From positions 2,873-66,872 of IMG/VR virus record IMGVR_UViG_3300028802_000011: a DNA stretch of 64,000 bases, one strand, 5' to 3'. Made by a program: the position numbers and the translations under genes. Source of the DNA: a virus. The stretch's first letter is position 1, and each line of letters opens with the position of its first letter. The notes beneath the pieces are model-generated. The model was not told where the DNA came from, ran no database searches, and saw nothing but the letters and a program-made list of their open reading frames with translations. Below are positions 57,874 to 64,000 of the stretch, piece after piece.

Positions 57874-59177
57874 TGTCATCGACGATCTCGGAGATCAGAG
57901 AAGCACCAGATCGGTCGTGCCTTGAGATCCAGACGTCTGAAGTCTTCGAGCCCCTCCTAACAGAATCCCGCTACAAGGCAATCTTCGGTGGTCGTGGATC
58001 TGGTAAATCCCACGAGCGCGCGGAAGCCCTCATAGAGCGATGCCTCCTCGAGCCTGGCACACGTGCCGTCTGCGTGCGCGAAATCCAGAAGTCGTTGGAG
58101 CAGTCAGTCAAGCGCCTCCTCGAGGACAAGATTACCAGATTTGGAGTTGGTAGTTATTTCCGGATCCTTGAGACGCACATAGAAACACCTGGAGATGGGA
58201 TCATCATCTTCCAGGGTATGCAGAATCACACTGCCGAGAGCATCAAGTCTCTTGAAGGCTATGATGTGGCCTGGGTCGAGGAGGCACAGACTCTCAGCGA
58301 TAAGAGCCTCACGATGCTGCGGCCAACTCTTCGCAAAGAAACCAGCGAGCTCTGGTTCACATGGAATCCCCGGCTCAAGACGGATCCTGTTGACGTCTTC
58401 TTTCGCGGACCGAACGGATCTCCTCCCGACACGATCCTTGTCGAGGCCAACTACAAAGACAATGCCTGGTTCCCCAACGTCCTTCGCCGAGAGATGGAGT
58501 GGGACAAGAGGACTAGCCTCGAGAAGTACGCTCACATCTGGCTGGGCAAGTACCTCACGAACAGCGAGGCTCGGGTCTTCAAGAACTGGCGCGTCGAGGA
58601 GTTCGATACTCCTACGGTCGTCACTTTCTACTACGGAGGCGACTGGGGATTCAGCGTCGATCCTACTGTGGGAGTGCGATGCTTCTTCAATCACGAGCTC
58701 CGCACCATGTATGTCGACAGTGAAGTCTACTCCGTGGCCTGCGAGATCGACGACACTCCGGTCTTGTTCGATGGCCTTGGATGTGAAGCCGTGATGCACG
58801 GCCGTCCGTGTGATGCTTCGTGTAAGGAATACGGTCACGGCACTGCACGCCGATGGACGATGACGGCAGACTCGGCCAGGCCCGAAACGATTTCTTACAT
58901 GAACCATCATGGGTATCCCAAGATCCAGGGAGCCCGCAAAGGAGCCGGCTCTGTTGAGGAAGGCATCAAGTTCCTCCAGAACTATCACATCGTTGTCCAT
59001 CCTCGCTGCATCCATGCAATTGATGAGCTCACTCTCTACTCCTACAAGACGGATGAAATGACTGGGCAGATCATGCCTGTGCTCGAGGACCGAAAGAACC
59101 ACGTGATCGATTCACTGCGCTATGCCGTCGAGGATCTCAGAAAGCCTCGGCCGGAGCGTGGAGGACTACTCCGGTGA
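57873..59177 (+). CDS. terL: Terminase large subunit, PBSX-like
   Basis: GGRGSGKS, IKSLEG, WVEEA, TWNP, GDWGF..DP, ADSARP, NHVIDSLRYA. Confidence 0.95.
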   Translation: MSSTISEIREAPDRSCLEIQTSEVFEPLLTESRYKAIFGGRGSGKSHERAEALIERCLLEPGTRAVCVREIQKSLEQSVKRLLEDKITRFGVGSYFRILETHIETPGDGIIIFQGMQNHTAESIKSLEGYDVAWVEEAQTLSDKSLTMLRPTLRKETSELWFTWNPRLKTDPVDVFFRGPNGSPPDTILVEANYKDNAWFPNVLRREMEWDKRTSLEKYAHIWLGKYLTNSEARVFKNWRVEEFDTPTVVTFYYGGDWGFSVDPTVGVRCFFNHELRTMYVDSEVYSVACEIDDTPVLFDGLGCEAVMHGRPCDASCKEYGHGTARRWTMTADSARPETISYMNHHGYPKIQGARKGAGSVEEGIKFLQNYHIVVHPRCIHAIDELTLYSYKTDEMTGQIMPVLEDRKNHVIDSLRYAVEDLRKPRPERGGLLR

Positions 59178-61594
59178 AGACTCGGTCCAAGAAGCCCATC
59201 AAGACAACGAGCAAGCCTCGTCCGACGATGCTCTCTCGTATCAAGACCCTCACATCAGAGCTCCTCGAGCGTGCTCAGTTGGCTGCCAGGGCAGGGATGA
59301 CGTTCGGCGGTGATCGTGACCTGTATCAAGTCCTTGGTTACGACCGAGTCTTGACAGTCAAGAAGTACAGGGAACGCTTCAAGAGAAACGGCATCGCAGC
59401 CCGAGTAGTTGATGCACTACCAAAAGCCACTTGGCGCGGCGGAGTCGAGCTCGCCGAGGACGAGGACCCTGAGGTCATCACTCCTTTTGAAGAAGCCTGG
59501 AATGACCTCGCCGAAAGACTGAAGATCTGGTCTGTTCTGCAGAGGGCCGACGTCCTTGCCGGTCTCGGGCGCTACTCAATCATTCTCGTTGGAGTGCCAG
59601 GGGATATGAGCACACCGATCCCCGACATGTTCCCTCCCGAAGCGATTGCTTATCTGGCTCCTTATGCTGAGGACGAGGCTCAGATCCTGGAATGGGATCA
59701 AGACGCAACGAGTGAGCGCTTCGGGCAGCCGAACATGTACCAGGTCACACGAAGGACTGTCAACACTGGTCTCGTGGGACGAAGCTCTGTTAGTTTCAAG
59801 GTGCATTATTCAAGAGTGATCCACATCGCCGACGGCTCCCTCGACGACGCCGTATTTGGGCAGCCTCGTTTGGAACGAGTGTGGAACTTCTTGGATGACA
59901 TGGACAAGGTCAGCGGCGGTGGAGCCGAGGCCTTCTGGCTGCGCGCGAACCAAGGTATGGTCGTCGACGTTGACAAAGAGCTGAGCCTTGGTGATTCGGC
60001 CGATGAGCGCGAGGCTGCGATTGATAGTTTGCAGGACGCAGCCGAAGAGCTTAGCCACAAGATGCGCAGGGCGATGGTCACGCGCGGAACTACTGTGAGC
60101 ATGCTGGGCAGCGATGTTGCGGACTACTCAAAGCCTCTGGACTCGTGCCTCACTCTCATCTCTGGGAGCACAGGCATTCCCAAGCGCATCTTGATGGGCT
60201 CCGAACGAGGTGAGCTGGCCTCAACCCAAGACCGGGAGAACTGGAACGAGCGCGTAGTTGACCGGCGCAAGGATTTTGCTGAACCTTATATACTGCGCCC
60301 GCTCGCGGACATGTTCATCGAGCACGGTGCTCTGCCTGAGCCCGAGTCGTATGACGTGTTCTGGCCGGAGATCAGCGTCCTCAACGACGAGCAGAGGGCG
60401 AACGTCGCAGCGAAGTGGGCTGGTCTCAACTCCAAAGAGACTGTCGTCACTCGCAACGAGATCCGCGATCATGTGCTGCTTCTTCCTCCCATTGAAGAAG
60501 TGATGTCGCCTGAGGAGCTCGAGGCAGAACAGCTCGCGAAAGACTCTGCTGCCATGATGCATCAGAGCATCGTCGACGGCACTGCGGACATCGACCCTCA
60601 GGAAGAGGACGACGCCCCGCAAAAGAAGAAGCCTTCGCCCTTCGCACCCAAAGCAGCGGCTCGCAATCTGAAGAGCATGGATCGTACTGCCAAGCTCGTC
60701 AACAGATTCCGTGGACGACTGGCGCGGGAATTGGAGAAGGCCGTCGCATTCGCACGAGAGTCAATGCCTGAGGTCGAGCTGATCAGGGTTGTGGCAGCAT
60801 TCGATAAGAACGGTCTCGAGCGCATTCTCAACGACGCCTTCAATCAGATGAGCGCGAAGTTCAAGCCTCGTGTGCGGGATGCGATGCTGACCGCGCTCAA
60901 TGCCAGCGGCGCATCCGAGGCGCGAGCCGTCAGAAACAAGGGCAGGTTCCGCGGCGCGAAGGATTCCACGGCGACTTTCAAGGGGGGATCGCCGAGGGCC
61001 ATGACCTGGGCCGATGTGAGGGCCACCGAGTTGATCAGCGGGATTGACCGGGATGCACGACGATCCATCCGCGAGATTGTTGCTCGTACCTTCAACGAGC
61101 AGAAGTCTGCGACGTCGGCAGCTCGAGAGATCAAGCAGGTCATCGGCCTCACGTCGGCCCAGGAGTCGGCGGTTGACAAGCTGCGAGCACGTCTTGAAGA
61201 TGCCTCTGGTCAAACGATCTCTGTATTCGGCGGGAACCTCAACTTCAAAGTACCAGAGGCCGGCTGGAGCGACGCTCAGATCGATAGAGCGACCGCCAGG
61301 TACGCTGAGAAGCTCCTCGATCACAGGGCCAAGGGCATCGCGGACACACAGTTGAGCGCGGCCGTCAACGAAGGTAAGCGCGAGATGTGGCTCCAGGCAC
61401 AGGAGGAAGGCAAGCTCAGTGTCAGTGCTCAAAGACAATGGGACGCCCAGAGTGATTGCTGCGACGAGTGCGATGAGATGGACGGACAGCAAGTAGGCCT
61501 CGATGAGGACTTTGAGGGGCCTGATGGTGACGCCGTCGACACGCCAATTCACACTAACTGTCGATGCAGCCAGAGCATTGTGGAGGTAGGATGA
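59174..61594 (+). CDS. Portal protein (DUF1073-like) fused to a MuF-like head morphogenesis domain
   Basis: RNGIAARVVD, HYSRVIH, GIPKRILMGSERGELASTQD; C-terminal CCDEC..MDGQ...HTNCRC. Confidence 0.85.
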   Translation: MKTRSKKPIKTTSKPRPTMLSRIKTLTSELLERAQLAARAGMTFGGDRDLYQVLGYDRVLTVKKYRERFKRNGIAARVVDALPKATWRGGVELAEDEDPEVITPFEEAWNDLAERLKIWSVLQRADVLAGLGRYSIILVGVPGDMSTPIPDMFPPEAIAYLAPYAEDEAQILEWDQDATSERFGQPNMYQVTRRTVNTGLVGRSSVSFKVHYSRVIHIADGSLDDAVFGQPRLERVWNFLDDMDKVSGGGAEAFWLRANQGMVVDVDKELSLGDSADEREAAIDSLQDAAEELSHKMRRAMVTRGTTVSMLGSDVADYSKPLDSCLTLISGSTGIPKRILMGSERGELASTQDRENWNERVVDRRKDFAEPYILRPLADMFIEHGALPEPESYDVFWPEISVLNDEQRANVAAKWAGLNSKETVVTRNEIRDHVLLLPPIEEVMSPEELEAEQLAKDSAAMMHQSIVDGTADIDPQEEDDAPQKKKPSPFAPKAAARNLKSMDRTAKLVNRFRGRLARELEKAVAFARESMPEVELIRVVAAFDKNGLERILNDAFNQMSAKFKPRVRDAMLTALNASGASEARAVRNKGRFRGAKDSTATFKGGSPRAMTWADVRATELISGIDRDARRSIREIVARTFNEQKSATSAAREIKQVIGLTSAQESAVDKLRARLEDASGQTISVFGGNLNFKVPEAGWSDAQIDRATARYAEKLLDHRAKGIADTQLSAAVNEGKREMWLQAQEEGKLSVSAQRQWDAQSDCCDECDEMDGQQVGLDEDFEGPDGDAVDTPIHTNCRCSQSIVEVG

Positions 61595-63117
61595 GGAAGA
61601 CGGTCCACTTCCGAGGCGCACTGGTCGGGGCTCAGATCCGCCAGGCCCAGTTCGATGGCCGGGAGTATCTGGTAGTTCCTGTCGTGGCTCTCTGCGAAGG
61701 TGCAATCCATGCAGCGAACGCGAACACTCCCGAACTGGTACTCGCCGAGGAGTTCGGCAAGTGCCCCGATGGATGGAACGGACGGCCTGTACTCTGGGAC
61801 CATCCCATTCTGAACGGCATCCGTGTTTCGGGCAACGAGCCCCTTGTGCTCGAGCGCATGAAGATGGGCGAGATCTTCCACACTCTTGTTGACGGCGACA
61901 AGTTGAAGATGGAAGCCTGGCTCGATGTCGTTCGTTGCACCAAGATGCCCGAAGGTGCTCGTACTCTCGAGCGTGTGCGCGCGAACGATCTCGTCGAGGT
62001 CAGTGTTGGTTGTTTCGTCGAGACCGAGCCCGGCTCTGGCCTCAAGGACGGAGTCAAGTATTCTGGGGTCTGGCGAAACATCGTGCCCGATCATCTCGCC
62101 ATGCTCCCTGAAGGAACGATCGGCGCTTGCAGCGTCGAGATGGGTTGCGGCGCTCCTCGCGCTGCGTCCAAAGGAGGAAAGGCCGTGACTCTCAAGGAAC
62201 TGAGGGAGAAGTTCCAGGCTCTCGCAGCCAAGTTTCGTACTCATGCCGAGGAGGAAGAGATCGGCGATACGGACGTCCGGTACCTCCTCGAGCAAGCGCT
62301 CTACTCGACCGAACCTGCTTTCCTCGGAGTGATCGAAGTGTTCTCCGAGTCGAACCAGGTGGTCTACTGTGTTGCTCCCGACGGTGTGATGAAGAACTTC
62401 CGTCGCGGGTTCAGCATCGCCGACGGGAAGGCCTCTCTGGAAGGGACCCCTGAAGAGGTCAAAGAAGTTCGTAAGTTCGAGCCGATGAATGCGTCCGCTC
62501 CCAATTGTGGGTGCGGCGGACCGAAGGTCGGTGCAACGAATGCACCCACAACCGAAAAGGAGAAGACTATGATCGACAAGAAGCGCGTCGCGGCTCTCGT
62601 CGCTCTTCACAAGGCGAAGGGAAGCACGCAGTTCCTCGAGGCCCATGTCGCGGATCTCGAGGCCTGCACGGAAGTCGTGTTCGCCAATCTCGAGGCGAGC
62701 GCGCAGGCTCTGCCCGAGCCGAAGCCGGCGGATGTTCCGCCCGTTCCGGCGCCGGTCCCGGCTCCCGCGACTCCGCCTGTTGCGGATCCACTGGCGGGAC
62801 TGACGGAGGAGAAGGTTCTCCAGATGTTCCCGAACCTGGCCTCGTCCGTGAACGCTCACAAGGCTGCTGAGGCCCAGCGCCGAGGCGGTCTGCTCGCGGC
62901 TCTCTCGGCTTCCAAGCAGACGGCCTTCACCGAGGCCGAGCTCGCGACCAAGGGCAACGACGAGCTCGAGAAGATGGTCAAGCTCGTGGGTGCCTCGGCT
63001 CCCAAGATCGACAACAGCGGTCGCGGTGGTGCGCGCGACGAGGGCACTTCGGACGACGAGGCTCCGAAGCCGCCCGACATGACGGCGCGAATCCTCGCGG
63101 CTCGTCAGAAGAACTGA
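61591..63117 (+). CDS. Prohead protease/scaffold (DUF2213-like)
   Basis: WNGRPVLWDHP, EVSVG, PDHLAML..GACS..GCG; Pro/Ala-rich scaffold-like tail. Confidence 0.85.
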   Translation: MRKTVHFRGALVGAQIRQAQFDGREYLVVPVVALCEGAIHAANANTPELVLAEEFGKCPDGWNGRPVLWDHPILNGIRVSGNEPLVLERMKMGEIFHTLVDGDKLKMEAWLDVVRCTKMPEGARTLERVRANDLVEVSVGCFVETEPGSGLKDGVKYSGVWRNIVPDHLAMLPEGTIGACSVEMGCGAPRAASKGGKAVTLKELREKFQALAAKFRTHAEEEEIGDTDVRYLLEQALYSTEPAFLGVIEVFSESNQVVYCVAPDGVMKNFRRGFSIADGKASLEGTPEEVKEVRKFEPMNASAPNCGCGGPKVGATNAPTTEKEKTMIDKKRVAALVALHKAKGSTQFLEAHVADLEACTEVVFANLEASAQALPEPKPADVPPVPAPVPAPATPPVADPLAGLTEEKVLQMFPNLASSVNAHKAAEAQRRGGLLAALSASKQTAFTEAELATKGNDELEKMVKLVGASAPKIDNSGRGGARDEGTSDDEAPKPPDMTARILAARQKN

Positions 63118-63158
63118 AGCTTCAGTAAGAGCTTCCACAAGGAATTGGAGGAGATCAT

Positions 63159-63593
63159 ATGGCACGGCGAGTGATCGCACTGCTCGGTGATCCGCGTATC
63201 ACCGAGGACTGGGCTGCGACCGAGGCGGTAACGCCTGGTCATCTGCTCGAGCTGACGTCGACGGGAGGTGTCAAGAAGCAGACGGACGACGCCGCCAACG
63301 TGACGCCGATGTTTGCGCTCGAGCGCGACGAGCTGGGAGACGACATCGACGAGGACTACGAAAGTGGTGATACGGTCCGCGTCGGCATCTTCAAGCCGGG
63401 CGACCGCGTCTACGCTTTCCTGGCGTCGGGTGTGAACGCCGCGATCGGCGATTACCTGACGTCGAACACGACAGGCCTCCTGACGAAGACGAGCGTTGCC
63501 GCTAGCGTTCGCCTGGCGCAGGCTCTCGAGGCCGTCGACACTTCGGGTTCGGCTCCCGTCGCTGGGACCCGCATCCGCGTCCAGATCTGCTGA
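63159..63593 (+). CDS. Capsid decoration/cement protein
   Basis: AVTPGHLLE, GDYLTS..G.L, AQALEAVD; between protease and capsid genes. Confidence 0.7.
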   Translation: MARRVIALLGDPRITEDWAATEAVTPGHLLELTSTGGVKKQTDDAANVTPMFALERDELGDDIDEDYESGDTVRVGIFKPGDRVYAFLASGVNAAIGDYLTSNTTGLLTKTSVAASVRLAQALEAVDTSGSAPVAGTRIRVQIC

Positions 63594-63625
63594 GGCCCTC
63601 GCGGGTCTAAGAGAGGAGACAAGAT

Positions 63626-64000
63626 ATGGCAAGATCGACTCCCCGCGGCGCTTCGACGAGTCTGAACCGTCGCGGGTTCATGAACACCGGCCGATGGGCC
63701 GGCGAACAGCTCCTGAAGGCGCTGAAGGCGGGGAAGCACATGTCCCCGCAGGCACTGCGCACCCTCGACACTCTTCGCAAGAATGAGTGGGAGCACCTCG
63801 ACGAGGCTGTCATCCGTGAGGGCATCATCCGCCTCGCGGTCGCGGCCGACGTACGCGCGGCGGGTCTCGTGATCCCCGTTCCCAACGCGATGGGCAAGAC
63901 TATGTTCCAGTGGGAAACCGCGACGGACATGGAGCCGGCTCAGATCTCGCTGTCTGGTGTGAGCCGGACCGAGGATGATCGGCAGGAGTTCACGCTGAAC
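63626..64000 (+). CDS. Major capsid protein, 3'-truncated (HK97 fold, encapsulin-like N-terminus); absent from the ORF track
   Basis: GAGGAG RBS; open to the window end: MARSTP...TLRKNEWEHLDEAVIREGIIRLAVAADVRAAGL...GKTMFQWE. Confidence 0.8.
   Translation, partial: MARSTPRGASTSLNRRGFMNTGRWAGEQLLKALKAGKHMSPQALRTLDTLRKNEWEHLDEAVIREGIIRLAVAADVRAAGLVIPVPNAMGKTMFQWETATDMEPAQISLSGVSRTEDDRQEFTLN

Noticed and set aside
1-64000. Prophage or lysogeny module
   Set aside because: No integrase, CI-like repressor, att site or host genes recognised in the window; the unseen remainder cannot be judged

Overview
The window is most of the genome of a tailed dsDNA phage with siphovirus-type gene content. It is circularly permuted: it starts inside a late gene and ends inside the major capsid gene. 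Almost all genes are on the + strand, and I saw no integrase or tRNA. Gene order: glycosyl/acetyltransferases, lysis and secreted proteins (1-8.9 kb); tail genes with a -1 frameshift chaperone and tape measure (8.9-15.5 kb); tail-fibre-like genes (15.5-22 kb); early genes behind sigma70-type promoters sharing an operator (22.7-34 kb); PolA, a thymidine-hypermodification cluster, SNF2 helicase and primase-helicase (34.7-53.5 kb); an iteron-like region; then terminase, portal-MuF, protease and capsid (57.5-64 kb). The most striking feature is a RiPP-type maturation cassette (radical SAM/SPASM, a Cys-rich/methyltransferase fusion and an aKG-HExxH oxygenase) inside the tail-fibre operon. It is translationally coupled to a tail-fibre-like protein whose C-terminus carries 27 His-x-Asp motifs, which suggests enzymatic cross-linking or tailoring of a virion protein. 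All family calls come from motif recognition by eye, not from database searches.
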